NCBI RefSeq assembly: GCF_006345805.1
Contig: NC_043004.1
Span: forward strand, 57,350,001-57,414,000
DNA: 64,000 nt
Direction of reading: 5' to 3'
Source of the DNA: Octopus sinensis
Lineage: Eukaryota
The position numbers and the translations under genes are program-made. Under the pieces are notes generated by a model. The model saw only the letters and a list, made by a program, of their open reading frames with translations, was not told the origin of the DNA and did not search any database. This document shows positions 28,284 through 42,356 of this stretch, one piece after another (the stretch's first letter is position 1; each line of letters opens with the position of its first letter).

Positions 28284-28500
28284 ATGTGACCTCGTGTGTA
28301 CCGTTGGCGATTTTTTTCCTCTGTCTTCCCTTCTCGGGATCTTTCCTTCTCCTATGTTTCCGACGAAGAGCTCCGCTCGAAACGTTAAACCCTCCTTCTT
28401 CCCTTCTTTCCTGAGCGTCCAATAATACTTTATTTGTTCCACGTCCTCGCGTTGTTGTGTTTTTTGTTTGTTTTTATGTGTTTTCTTGTTTGGATTAACT
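28284..28500 (+). mobile_element. PLE-like terminal-repeat remnant (same family as 57899-58097)
   Basis: Aligns in reverse orientation with 57899-58097; contains a minimal hammerhead. Confidence 0.7.
28356..28390 (+). ncRNA. Minimal type I hammerhead ribozyme, U4C core
   Basis: GUUU CCGACGA A GAGC-ucc-GCUC GAAA CG U U AAAC: 4-bp stem I, 4-bp stem II, palindromic ACGU stem III. Confidence 0.65.
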
Positions 28501-28760
28501 ATATATATATATATATATATATATTTCCCATCCTATGTTAAAGTTAATAACTTAACTAATAACAACATTTTTTGAAGCAACTACTTCTTTTTTACAAAAC
28601 AGAATACGAAAATTGATGTTCAAAATCTGGCCCTGTGATCTGCAACAGTTCATATATATTTTTATGCTTTGTAGTTCTTTGCTTCTTGAACCCTTCGGTA
28701 TAGCGACATGGTTGTTAGAATGGCAGCTTCGAAGGCATATATTAGCCATTAAAAACACAC

Positions 28761-28806
<46 letters not shown>

Positions 28807-28811
<5 letters not shown>

Positions 28812-29167
28812 TTTACTCTTTTAATTGTTTCAGTCATTTGACTGTGGCCATGCTGGAGCACCGTCTTTAGTCGAGCAAATCGACCGCAGGACTTATTCCT
28901 TGTAAGCCTAGTATTATTCTATCGGTCCCTTTCGCCGAACCCCTAGGTTACGGCGACGTAAATACCCCACCATCTGTTGATAAGCGATGTTGGGATGGAC
29001 AAACATAGACACACAAACATATATACACACATACATACATACATACATATATATACATAATCCACTCACAAGGCTTTGGTCGGCCCGAGGCTATAGTAGA
29101 AAATACTTGTCCAAGGTGCTACGCAGTGGGAATGAACCCGGAACCATGTGGTTCGAAAGCAAGCTAC
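28807..29167 (-). mobile_element. SINE type B lacking the first about 18 nt of its head
   Basis: Body and tail match the family; the head starts at GTAGCTTG and abuts the AATAAA end of the ORF1-only element. Confidence 0.85.
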
Positions 29168-31200
29168 TTTATTTCAAAACATTTGCCATAAAGGCAGTAC
29201 ACAGATTAAGTTAGCTTTGCGGGCTGGACGAGGACATTAATGAAGTGAATGATAATGAAAGAAAGATGATAAGGATGGGAGAAGACAAAAAGCGCCCGCC
29301 GACTTTCGCTTCTCTAAAACATTGTTCTTTTTAAGGATAAACACAAAACGAGGTATTAAACCTCTTACAATTTTTCCAATTTTTGGATTTAGCAGTCCAT
29401 TATTAATAAAAATAAACACAAAACGAGGTATTAAACCTCTTACAATTTTTTCAATTTTTGGACTTAGCAGTCCATTACTAATAATAACAGTTCAATAATT
29501 ACATATCGTCCTCGAAGTCGCTTGTGCCCGCGACCTCCACCATCAACCACGCCTCCCTCAGAACGTAATCAAGTTCCGAGTCAGCGTCGCCCGGGACCAA
29601 GTTATAGTCTTCCTTGAACTCCTTTAGCCCAAGCGTCACGTCGAACGTCACGGCCTCCACAGCTACCTGCGGAGGCCATTCGGGGTCCTGTGTGAAGGCT
29701 AAAGGTGCTCCCTTGTGATGCTCTTCCATCACTTTTTCAATTTCTCCTCCTCTATAGAAGAGGACCAATACGTTCAGTTCTTTCGGTGGCGGCACAGTTC
29801 CCGCCAACGGTATTCCTTCTCTTGTCGGTGGCACAACCCCAACCGACGTAGTTCCGGGACATTCCGGTGCTACACTGACAGTTGGTAATGTCCCGTTTTT
29901 CTTCCTCTTTTTCTTTTTTTTCCCTTTTCATCTGAGGGAGGGTGCGTCTCCTCCGTGGCTGGAAGATTCGCCTTCCTCTCCTCATCCCTATTATCCTTTG
30001 GTGAGCACCCATTGTTGCTCACCTTCCTCTTTCGGCCTCTGTTTGAGGAGTCCTCTGCTTTCTCGGCCGTTATCATTCCCTCTTCTAGAGGGGTTTTACT
30101 TAACTGTTCCGGGATCCTATTTTGTTCCCGGGGACAGTTCTTCTTTATGTGGCCGGACTCCAAGCACCGATGACACTTAGGGGGGTGACCCTCAAGCATC
30201 ACCGGGTACCTGGAAGAACCAGATTGGCTGATTGGGGCCACAGGGTCAAAATTGCTTTTGACCCAACCCAAGCAGCCGCAGGAAGAACTTTTACATTAAG
30301 GAGCTTAGTTTCACTGCCACCCAGACCCCGGCGGATAGTCTCCTCTATCCACTCGGGTTCTATGTCGGGTGGCAGACCGCAAATCCAAGTTTTCATCAAT
30401 TTCTTTTTTTTTTTGTACGTGGGCAGGAATAAGATTCCCTTACCCTCCAGGGGTTTGCTAGCAAATTTGCAAGCTTCTTCAGGGGTGTCAAATAGCAGCC
30501 ACACCGTTGCATATTTGACACCCCTGGAAATGAATTTAATTGTTGGCAAATACTCTTCCAACTCCTTTTCAATTGCCGTCTTTTCGAATAGGGCGATGGT
30601 GTCGAGTGCCTTGGAGTAGGTTCTCAACACCACCGTCCTATCTTCATGGTCTTTTAACCACTTTTTAGGCGGCATGATCTCCCATTCCAAAAGTTTGTTA
30701 TTTTTCATTGCCATGTTCTTTTTTTGTTTTTTTTTTGTTTTTTTTAAAAATGTATTCAGAATAAAACTAAAAAACGAGAAGAAAAGGAAATCCGAAGAAA
30801 GTCACAGTGAAAAAGGAGAGAGTCAAATAAAGTTAAAAAGAAAGTCAATAACACAGCAAAAACCTTCTGGCCATTTGGTACTCCCGGCCTAAATTGAACC
30901 AGGAACGCACAACTTCCACAAAACTTGGTGTAAAATTGGTAAAACTTGTTCAAACTTCGGAGGCAAAATACTCCCCTATATAGCAGTTTTCACAAAAAGT
31001 TCTTTACAGCACAATACAATTCTCATAATTACGTGAAAAAAATATTCACTCAATTTATCGAAGACGGATACGCCCCTCCACTGTTTTTTTTCAATAAACA
31101 CAAAAACGGCAGCCGCCGAGAGCAGGCGAAATTGTCTCAGAGTTGGACACAACTTACTGAAATAATAATTGGCACGCAATAAATTATGCCCAACTCACAA
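29168..31200 (-). mobile_element. ORF1/gag-only retroelement or domesticated gag-like gene (L1/Tx1-like); 5' boundary uncertain
   Basis: GC-enriched about 1.2-kb coding region, about 330-bp 3' UTR with a 75-bp tandem duplication (29337-29484), AATAAA at 29168-29173; no endonuclease or RT follows. Confidence 0.6.
29499..30714 (-). pseudogene. Gag/ORF1p-like nucleic-acid-binding protein with one CCHC zinc knuckle, split by two frameshifts
   Basis: ORFs 30199-30714, 29870-30271 and 29499-29834 each step by -1. CHRCLESGHIKKNC (CX2CX4HX4C) is preceded by YPVMLEGHPPK; the N-terminal ATVWLLFDTPEEA and WICGLPPDIEPEWI segments resemble Tx1/ZCCHC3-type ORF1 regions. Confidence 0.7.
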
Positions 31201-31458
31201 TAAACAAATCATTTATTAACTAGTATCTCCAATGGCTCTTTTGTGCTTTCCACGCTGTAAAACCTAGTGTTTAAACACATTGCCTCAGATCAAATCCCTT
31301 TCCAGACAAGTACTTCTCTGAAACACACTATTATTGTCCAATAAGAACTGAAATTAAAATTTTTGTAACAAGATCACTAAAACTATCGTGGAAAATAGAC
31401 AAATCTTACCATTTATAGTTTGCAAATTTCTTCATTTTTCTACTCTCTTTCCTTGTGC

Positions 31459-31522
<64 letters not shown>

Positions 31523-31580
31523 CATGTATATATATATATTTCTATGCGAATGATTTTGGTAGGCGGTGCCGAGGTTTACA

Positions 31581-31800
31581 ATTCTGTAAATAACAATTTT
31601 CTTTTCTTTTATAAGATGAAAGTTTATAGCGATCGCCATGCAAAAGACAGAAAAAAGTAGGCTTTTCCTGGAAAGCCTACTTTTCTTTCTATCGAGGGCA
31701 TATATGCCTCATTAATAGACTATTTTTCCTTTGTCACTTGCGCGGTGATAGCTTTAAGCTTTAATCTTATAAAAAATGGCATTATTATTATTTACAGAAT
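31581..31800. mobile_element. Foldback/MITE-like element (220 bp)
   Basis: ATTCTGTAAATAA...TTTTATAAGAT.AAAG.TTA.AGC.ATC.CC arm has a diverged reverse-complement arm ending ATTTACAGAAT; 13-bp hairpin at 31653-31684. Confidence 0.7.
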
Positions 31801-33099
31801 ATAAATATATATATATAGATAGATAGATAGATAGATAGATATACACACATACATATATTTCTGACATTCTTTCCCAATTACTCTCTACAAAGACGTACTG
31901 CTGTAGTAGTAAGTTTCCGCTCTATCCTCTCTCCTTAAAATTGCCAAATGCGGCACTGAACAACACGTTCTAGAAATAACTACTTACATCCAGTGAGACT
32001 CACCATGACAGACTGTCTCCTATGCAAATATAAATTACAAAAATACGCAATGGCCTAATGGATCAAGTTCCTGAGTCGTGAATATTTTGGTTCTTGGTTC
32101 CGGATTTACTTTATATTTTCGACCAATAACCTTTACTGGAGCTAATCTTAGTTTGCATAACTTATTTAGAAATAAGTTTCAAGTTTAAAATATTTAGAAT
32201 TATTTTTATGATATTAGAATTCTTTTATCAAGCTGTCTCTTTTAGTTGTTTTCACAACCTCCATGACTCTTAAGTAAAATTTTGAGATCATTTAATCTTA
32301 TTGCAATAATTACCTCAAATAAGGATAACCAGTATACGTGTTACTTTCATTTGAGTTCATTATTGTCGAATTAGAACAGCGTGTCAAAAATTATTATGAT
32401 AACTTCATAATTTTTAATTCTGTATTTATCTCGTGATTCCGTTGTATTATCCTGTCTGGTTTCGCCTTCCTAATTTTCAAATATTTCGCTGTAAAAAACA
32501 ATACACCAGCATATCGACTTTGTTATTCATTTACAAAATTACTTTTCACCAAGAAAGATATTAATATATCTGTCAATGTAACACTGTGTTATTGATTTTC
32601 TTTATAGTTGAATTTGGGAAAAATATACGTGATGATATTGGACTTTACATGCGTACACTCCTCACTTTTGTTTCTTTTATCGAAATTATCTTAATGTTTT
32701 TCCGTCTTTTACAATGCACCGATATACAATGATAAGCACGTCACAGTAAAATGTTAGTATGATATAATAACTGAAGGGAAAATCTCTCTCACGTACTGAA
32801 GCACTACTCGAAACAACTGCAATGGCGCCTCCATGTTCAAAGCTATAGACATACAATTCTTTTGAACTAGTGGCCTTTGAAACTGTTTAGAAACATATTA
32901 CAATATTCGCGATAAATCTCCTCTCTACCACATCTTCCACTTACAATCGATTATTCTCTATCAATATATCTATTTCTCAAAATTTCCTGTTCAGGGTCTG
33001 TTCTAATTTTGCATTTCTTTTTCAGTGATTTTATTGAAACCTACTCTCATATTTTTCATGTGACTCTTTCCCGCACTTTCATTCTATAATCTATTGCGT

Positions 33100-33700
33100 A
33101 TACCTAAGCACTTGACCAATAATATTTTCTTGCTAGTCTTTTATTTAACCATTCTTTGTTCCTTTCTCACTTTATTATCAGAAACATTTTTAATCACTGG
33201 AGCTTCTATGATCTCTTTATTTAACACTCTCAAAACTTACATACCGCACATTACCTAGCAGTCTGAATGTTTATTAATTTTCACTTAATAACCTCATATT
33301 CGCTGATGAATGGTTATAACAAATACTGCATTTATAGGCGATATTCGGATAACCGTTTATTATATATCAAATCACGTCTGTTTTGCTACATATATCAGAA
33401 ACAATATGCAATCAAACTGTTTAACAAACGTTCACTGGACATCATATACTACAACAGGTTTTTTCTTCACTCTGTCCCTGCTAAATCGACTTTGCTAAAT
33501 AGTTCTCTACAACTTCTGTACAAGCCCATATGCTCATCTTGGTATTAATTTTCTCTCATACAAGCTAATCTTGGTATCAGACGTATTTCTCCACCATTCG
33601 CAACCTTCTCAGTCATTTTTGCATTGAATTCATACTTCTGTATAGGTCAGAGTAGGTCATTGCAAGTTCCACTATAGCTCGGCCTAAGTAATAAAAAAAA
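33100..33700 (+). mobile_element. Possible very old LINE RT relic
   Basis: Only short motif-like peptides NLIFADE (LLFADD-like) and PYAHLGI (YKYLGI-like) in plausible order. Confidence 0.3.
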
Positions 33701-36249
33701 ATTACTAAAGCCAATGTACTAAAATATGTGTCATTCATTACTCAAAGTAGTAACGGTGTTAGTCACGATCACTTTTATCAAAAACTCTGATTGATGAGGT
33801 GATAACGAGGCCCGGTCTTTTACAAGATAGTTATTTCCTCTATTTCACTACCTGTGATCATACGTGTGCTGCAAACCTCATTGATTTTCATGTACTTAAC
33901 AGGAATGGCTAACTATGAATTAGTTGGCAATTATAAAAAGAAAAACAGAAAATATGTATTGTATTCTCATAACTATCTAAAAGTGTTGATAACAGCAATT
34001 ATACTTTATGAGCTTTTTCTCTTCCACTATGAAGCACTAACTGTTGCATTCAACTGCTCAAAGCTTCCTGGAATACCAACGCTGTTCATTGGCTAATTCA
34101 CTAATCGACTAAAAATTACTGTTAGGCAAGGCTCATTTCAAGCTTGTAAAAGGTTACAGAAATCCATCACTCTGCACTTTTACTTCTGCAAATTCCACAA
34201 AATACTGACGAAAACTCTTTTGGACACTACTTGCTGCCGACCATATCCTGACATGTTTCTTATATTGGATGATATTAGCGTGTTTACTTCTTCGTTTATA
34301 GACTGATATACAAGATCTAGAGACAAGCTGACGATTATCTTATGAAGCGTAGACAATTAATATTATTTAATATATTCGATATCGATACTGTCTCGTATTG
34401 ATTCCCCTTTCTTAGTTTTTTTATTTTTCTATGATTTGATACTGTTTTATTGTTATACGCCAAAGCACAACATTCGCCACATGCAAAATTTTCGTCCCAT
34501 TTATATGTTATTTACTCGCCAATCAATGACGCTGTCCTTCAAGGACCCTTCACAGAGTGGTTAGCTTGAATCTATTTTCGCTTGTTGACTGGTAATCTTT
34601 TATCACATCTTCCGTATCATATCGATGAGAAATATTGGTTTACCCAAGGAGATACTATTTTATTGAACAGAAAAACATGTAATCAGTTAAAAATTTGGAA
34701 GTATTTTGCATATCGTTTCCGTGTGTACTACACAAATGTAAATTTTAAGATTAGTTCCGTCTTCGAAGCTGTTTCCGTACAGTTTTGAGACGCAATGATA
34801 TCTAACTATATGTTGCTACATAAACATAGGTCTATATAGTTTTAAAGTACGGCGCTACATTGCAATATCATTATCCAACTACCTAAGGCATATTTATTTA
34901 ATAATATGCTCGTTTAGACTGGAATAATATTAAGTAGGTCAATGTCCCTGTAATGGTCTATATCTCAGCAGAGATATTGTGCTATGTTTACATATAGTAG
35001 TATAGTGTCACTTGGTCTAAACCGGCATTGTATATGCTTTTGGGGCTTATACAGCGAGTTTTGTTAAGATACTGAAATATTTTCAATTCATATATACTGG
35101 ACAAAATATGTTTTTCCATATATATTATGCTTCATAATAGTTTCATAATAGTTTATCTTCACATCCAGGGAGCTCCTAGAGGTTCGCCTTTGATATGCAT
35201 TCTAGTTCAAATTTTCATAAAGCAACGTCTCTTGAGAACTGTTAAATAACGAAACGCTCATAATATTACAGTATGAGGATATTTAAATACCGAAAAATAG
35301 CTATCATATCTGCTACAGTTCTAATTGTGAATAGGTGTTTATTTCATCTTCCTAGAAACTCAGGGCTGGTCAAGCTCGTTAATTTTCTGGTGGTAAATGT
35401 ACTAAGAGAATGCTCAATAATGAAATATATCGGCTAAAACTAAAAACAATCGTACCAGGTATATCATAATGGTGGAATGAAGCATTTCATTCTTATCTGC
35501 GTTAGCTGTTGAAGGATGGTATTGCATTGTGTGGTTTACGCCTTAAACAGGTTTTCTTGTGGTGACTACAGAGATCACTGATAACTAGACTGAAGAGAAG
35601 TACAAACGTTTAAATACTGTCCAATATATTTCTCTAACTAGTATCTCAAAAATATAAAAATATAAATTTTGCATATAACACCTTGAATTTATGCTTAAAA
35701 CATTTAGTATAAATTTGTTACAATAAGAGAAATAAATATAATAATAATAAATAAAAATAAAGCATATAATGGCATATTAAAAGACGACTTAAAATTCCAG
35801 CGAAATGTACATAGAAGATAATAATTATACAACTTTACAAAAAATATAAGTTTACAAAGATACATAGAAGTCCATCTACGGGCCGTTTCGGAGATGCGCC
35901 AATTCATACTAGACATATCATATACTTAAAATTGGCACTCCCCTCAACAGGATGTCCTATACATACAACACATAGTAAACGTGAACAAATACACAATCAC
36001 ATACCGGCCATATTCAGAACCGAGACATTACGTACTCCCATAAACTTTTCTTCGATCCTGAATGCTACTTTATACGCATATGATTTGATCCATCAGCCAT
36101 AGTAAATGGTATGCACACATTATCCCCTCGGATAAAAGAAAGTGTATACGGCTCATTAGAGCACTTCTATTTCCAGTCCGTTGAATATCTTGAGCGTTGT
36201 TGTCACTCAAGATATAACTTTATATTTTGTAATACAGCGATTTATATAT

Positions 36250-36294
<45 letters not shown>

Positions 36295-36312
36295 CATATA
36301 TATAATATATAC

Positions 36313-36419
<107 letters not shown>

Positions 36420-36422
36420 TAC

Positions 36423-36455
<33 letters not shown>

Positions 36456-36475
36456 CTATATATATATATATATAC

Positions 36476-36532
<57 letters not shown>

Positions 36533-36556
36533 ACATATACATATATATACATATAC

Positions 36557-36619
<63 letters not shown>

Positions 36620-36623
36620 ATAC

Positions 36624-36654
<31 letters not shown>

Positions 36655-36703
36655 CATATATATATGTATACATATATATATATGTACATATATATATATA
36701 TAT

Positions 36704-36756
<53 letters not shown>

Positions 36757-39700
36757 CGTGTATAGATATGTGTATGTATGTATATATGGAACTACACGTA
36801 CAAATAAGTTCGAGCTGAATGAATTCTATAAAAATCTGAAGTGATCAAGAAACAGTTAACGAATTTATTTATCTCTTGTGTGACTGAGAATAGAGAAGAT
36901 TCCATTTTTACATAATCTACTTTCCGAATTGGAAATAACACAACAATCATGAGGTGTCTTCAAAATGTTATCTCTGAATAGCTTGCCAAAAACTTTTAAA
37001 TCAAATGAACTTAGTCTTCTTTACTTATTCCATCAAGAAATTTTCCGATAATATAAATATAGTGAATCACATGAATTGTAATACTTTGGCAGTATTTCAA
37101 CGAATGTAAATCTATGAAATTGCCCTCCAATACTTGTCTCTTGCCTACTAATTTTAAATGTATCAAATATATATTTCCACATTTCTGTCACACTGTCTTT
37201 CTATATTGATCTGTCAGTATATATAGACAAATATATACATGTCTGTGTGTGTGTGTGTGTACGTGTACGTGTGCGTGCATGTGTGTCTGGTTCTAAAATT
37301 ATGAAAAGATACGAGAACGAGGTGAGAGATGAGGGAGTACGGCGTTGGCGCTCAAGCGAACTAGCAGAAGTTTGTAACGTTAGGGGCGTAGGCTCGTCTA
37401 CGTAAGAGCAGATGTGGGTTTATGAATATATGTCTGTATGTGCGTGTGTACTAGATTATGTAGAGAAACAAGGAAAGCTTCTAACAAAGACAGTTTTACT
37501 AAACTTAACATTTCAGGAAAAAGCAGTGAAAGATTTGTGTATTTACATAGATTTTTATTATGTTAAGCTGCTCGGTATTTGGGTAGGGAACAACAGCAGC
37601 TGCCTAACTGTTAGCGCAAGTGACTCTTTAATTATATAAATCGTTGTTATTATACAAAGTGACGTAGGCCAAAGCCTTGCTTTTTCAGAAAACGAAAAAA
37701 TAGTTGCACCATTCCATTCCTTTTTATATTAGCAACAGCTTCAGCTTAAGGATAATGCTTTGTTGGTTGCATAAAAGCATAACGCTAAGCATGTATAATA
37801 TTTTCAGTCAGAAATACTTTCGCAAAACTTTGGTACGTGAGGCTTACTACACTTTTGAAAAATGTTAAACCGCTGTACTACACTTTGGCAATTTTTCTCC
37901 GAAGCAGCTGGAGATATGATAGTTTGACCAACGGAACCGTCTGTTGCAAGCTAAATCAAATATTGAAAAAAAAAAACGGAAAGCCATTTGGTCAAATTTG
38001 GACATACGACAGTTTACAAAAATAACAACGATAGATATATATACAATTATACACCCAGATATCTATACAGTTTCGGCTAAAACCACTTTTTGTAATTTGT
38101 TCGCGTTCTGCAATTTTTGTTTTTGCTTTTATCATTTAAATTTGACAAATATTTGTTTCGAGAACTGAGCTTTATTCCCTCATAATTGTATGTGACGAAA
38201 TGGAATCCAGTTAAAGAGGAAACTATTGTATGCTTCAATGAACAAGCCATAACATGCAGTGTTAATGATGCCAAGGTAAATGGTTATTTGACTTAGGCGC
38301 AAGACAAAAGGAAAACACAAATAAAAAGGAACTGGTGAAATGCTGGAAGGATTATTTAATTCTGGGCCCTCAAGTCTGAGCTGCAATATAATTAGAGCAC
38401 GTTTGATAATGTTCTGAGAATTGTTGAGCTTTCACTACAAAATGGTTTCGAATTACACAAAATCTACGCATACATTAGTAATCATAATAATTATGTTATT
38501 AAATATTATAGTAGCTCAGCTCAGTTGTACGATTATAATAGTACGACCAATTTTAAATGTTCTTTGACTTCAATGATTCTGAAAAATTTACCGGAAAATG
38601 CCGTCATTCTTGAACTTAGCTGCATTGAGATGTTGCATTTCTTCTGTTGTGATTCTTCAGTACCAGACCTCCTGTGATGTATCACGACCATAATGAAAGT
38701 TATTTCATCACTGACCTAATCATTTTGGTTCCCGTGGTGTATTTAGTACAATATTATCTCATATCGCTCTCCTTTTGTAGATAAAAGGCAAATTTCCTTT
38801 TTTAGGTAGGAGGTCAATATCTAATAGTTCAGGTGATTGCTAGATACAGAAGCTCGGGTCATATAGAGGTTCTATTGAAAGCATGTTGCTTTGTTATTTT
38901 CTAAGATAAGTAGATATTTAAAGCTTGAAGAAATTATTTGAGTCGTATGAAAAGTAGGTTAACATTATTGATATACGTTTATGAATTTATTTTGCAAGAT
39001 TCCTGGTGTGAAATCGTATGTTGAAATACAATTATACTTCGGGATGGTCTTTTCTATTTCTTCCCAAATAAACACACGTACTAAATATTCGTTCTCCACT
39101 TATTATTGTTCTTATTTTATGACCATTGCCTGAGGTTCTTTCATAACATATCCTGGCCACAGGTTGCGTTACGAAATATTTCCAAACAATGTACATTAAA
39201 ATAAGGACAGTAATAAACAAGTGAAGAAGTAATATATAGTAGGCGTGTTTAATTGGCAAGAAAAAAATGATCAAACCGAAATATAAAATTTATTGATATA
39301 ATTCCAAGAACATTATTAGACCTAATCTAAAACAACCTGATAAAAGGAGAATGTATGCCATGAAGGAATCCTTCTAAAATATATTTCACTGAGTGATGTA
39401 CTTTCGTAAGAAATTTTGTTGTCATTGCTGATCTTTTAGAAAACGCATTTGCAAATATAAAACAGGTGATTTGTGTGGAATTCAGCTCCTATTTATCGAT
39501 TTACATTATACATATATCGTCCTCATGTAAATCTCCTTTCGTTAGACACCTAATATTCTTCGATCGATATCTCTACTTGAATATCTTTCTCCATACCAAA
39601 TTGTATCTCTATACCGTTGATATATCGTGACGACTTCTTTTTCATTATACTATGTACACGAGATCCCTCTTTTAAGCCTAACAAACTCTACAAAACACCA

Positions 39701-40599
39701 ACTACGTTACATATTAGAGCATTGATCATGTCAGCAGTCATTTCCTCGTTCTTCTTTCTATTATATCTGCTTCTCATTCACCTCCACAACGCCATACTCC
39801 AAAGGCAGACCCAACAGTGAATTCTATATCTTTTATTCCAACAGGCAATACAAGTTCCATCCTTATGGTTACTGTTCGTATATCACGTCCCTACATAGCA
39901 ACTTCATGCCTGAACTGTTTACCACTTCAGACCATTTTACCCACTCGCTCTAGTGTTGTGTAAACTGTTCTATGTTGAAGAGGAAACTTTATCCTACTCA
40001 CTAGAGAGCATTCTACCTACATATCGATACTCAAAACTACATTCACTGAAATCATTTGAGAAGTTTCCTTCCAAACAAAGGCAAACAGCCTCCGATTAAA
40101 GCCTACTTTATCGTCTTAATGAAATATTGAACATCCAACCGAAGGTTAGATTCGAACATGTATCGCCACAACTTACTAATATGGATCTTTGAAAATGAGT
40201 ACCGATCTTTTAAACATCTCATCGCGGTACTTCAACTATTTTAGCAAACCGGAGGCTGAAACAAAAATTCAAACAAATTCAGTTACTCAGCCTCTGGAGA
40301 AAAAAGTTACTTTCACGTACTCATCTACCAAAATTTATCTTAAGACCGTTTGAACATTGCCGTTCGTCAACTGATTTATTTTCTTTGACTTCCTATCACC
40401 ACTAGTCGCATTTTTTGAAATCTCAGATCAAGGACTAATGACACCGCTTCAATTTTTGCAAGTGAGGGGAATATGAGCGAGACATACCACGGCTGTGTCA
40501 CTACTTCCGACAACATTCATTCCTAACATTGATTAGAGCTATTGTAAATTCTTAATATAATATTTCATTTGATTAGATTATTATGCGGCGTTACTCCTT

Positions 40600-41977
40600 A
40601 TTTCTTTACTGTTCACAAGGGCCTACACAGAGAGGGGACAAACAAGGACAGACAATGGGATTGAGTCGATTATATCGACCCCAGCGCGTAACTGGTACTT
40701 ATTTAATCGACCCCGAAAGGATGAAAGGCAAAAAAAAAAAAAGGATAAAAGAAAATGTAATCCAAAAGTATTTTCATATTAGGTTAGTGAGCCTTGCCTC
40801 AGCTTTATCCTTTGGGATCCTACAACTATTTTTACCCTCATCCATCTCAGTACTACGTGTACATGGCTTCATATATACAAGTACATGTCAATTCACAAAT
40901 ACATATTTATGCATAGATACGTATATAAACTGGTAATTGTAAATGAGTATACATATGCTAGTAATTAACTTAGAGTACCTCTTGTAATATTCCTTTCTCA
41001 CATTAAGCTACATATTTTTACAGGAGTGTGTAGTTCATTAAATAGCTAATACTTAACTGTTCGATGGTGAACTGGCGGAATCGTTAGCACGCCGAGCGAA
41101 ATGCTTAGCGGTATTTCACCCGTCTTTACATCCTGAGATCAAATTCCGCTGAGGTCGACTTTGCATTTCATCCTTTCTGGGTCGATCAATTAAGTACCTA
41201 TTTCTTTATTACCCACAAGGGGCTACACACAGAGGGGACAAACAAGGACAGACATAGGTATTAAGTCGATTACATCGACCCCAGTGCGTAACAGGTACTT
41301 AATTTATCGACCCCGAAAGGATGAAAGGCAAAGTCGACCTCGACGGAATTTGAACTCACAACGTAACGGCAGATGAAATACCGCTAGGCATTTGGACCGG
41401 CGTGTTAACGTTTCTGCCAGGTAACCGTCTTAATCGATCAATTAAGTACCAGTTGCGTACTGAGGTCGACTGGCCTCCTTCTCAAAAATTCCGGGCCTTG
41501 TGCCTAGAGTAGAAGATAATACGTAATTATTATACTGATACGAGACTCAACGCTCTCAATCACGTGTCACATTAAAGTGCTTACCAACCCAACCGCCGAT
41601 CGCTAGCTGTTCTTTGTTTTATAACAATGAGTCAGTCCACATGTGGTCGTTTCGGGGTGGTCGGATTCCTTCCACAACGGGAGACATTTCTTTTATGCGC
41701 TGTGTGTAGCAGTTGCTAGTGAACAATAGAAACGAACAGCGTTATAAGGCGGCGAGCTGGCAGAAACGTTAGCACGCCGGGCGAAATGCTGATCGGTATT
41801 TCGTCTGCCGCTACGTTGTGAATTCAAATTCCGCCGAGGTCGACTTTGCCTTTCATCCTTTCGGGGTCGATAAATTAAGTACCAGTTACGCACTGGGGTC
41901 GATGTAATCGACTTAATACCTGTCTGTCCTTGTTTGTCCCCTCTATGTTTAGCCCCTTGTGGGTAGTAAAGAAATAG
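40600..41977. mobile_element. Cluster of type C SINEs
   Basis: Copies at about 40600-40735 (-), 41067-41518 (+, interrupted), 41199-41433 (-) and 41745-41977 (+), all with GAGGTCGACTTTGCCTTTCATCCTTTCGGGGTCGATAAATTAAGTACCAG. Confidence 0.92.
41199..41433 (-). mobile_element. Type C SINE nested in a type C SINE with a 17-bp TSD
   Basis: TCGATCAATTAAGTACC at 41182-41198 and again at 41434-41450. Confidence 0.92.
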
Positions 41978-42356
41978 TTATTTGAATGTGTGTATATACA
42001 CAAGTGTGTTATTACAGTTATAAGTATAATCATACTCATTTGTTATATTTTTTACCTCTGCTTTCTCCGTTGTCTCTTTTTTTATGGCGTTCTTGTTTTA
42101 TCTCGTTTAATAATATCACTCATTCACCTCAGTGCTAAATCATATCACTTTAGGATAATTTTTCTCACACTAATATTATGAGAAATACTCTACCCAAAAT
42201 GTTCGCATAGATTTTTCCTCTCAGCACGAAAACCTATATCCTTTTATGAATTCCATTAATATCATAATTATCTATATCTAGTATTTTCCTGTTTGTGATG
42301 TCTTGTCACTGCTTTCATTTCTTATTTGAATCGTCGTTATTTCTACATTCCGCCAC

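Noticed and set aside
29915-29930. G GGA AAA slippery heptamer between the second and third gag-like frames
   Set aside because: It lies in a homopolymer run prone to mutation or sequencing error, the other frameshift looks like a deletion, and I see no clear downstream stimulator, so programmed -1 frameshifting is unsupported.
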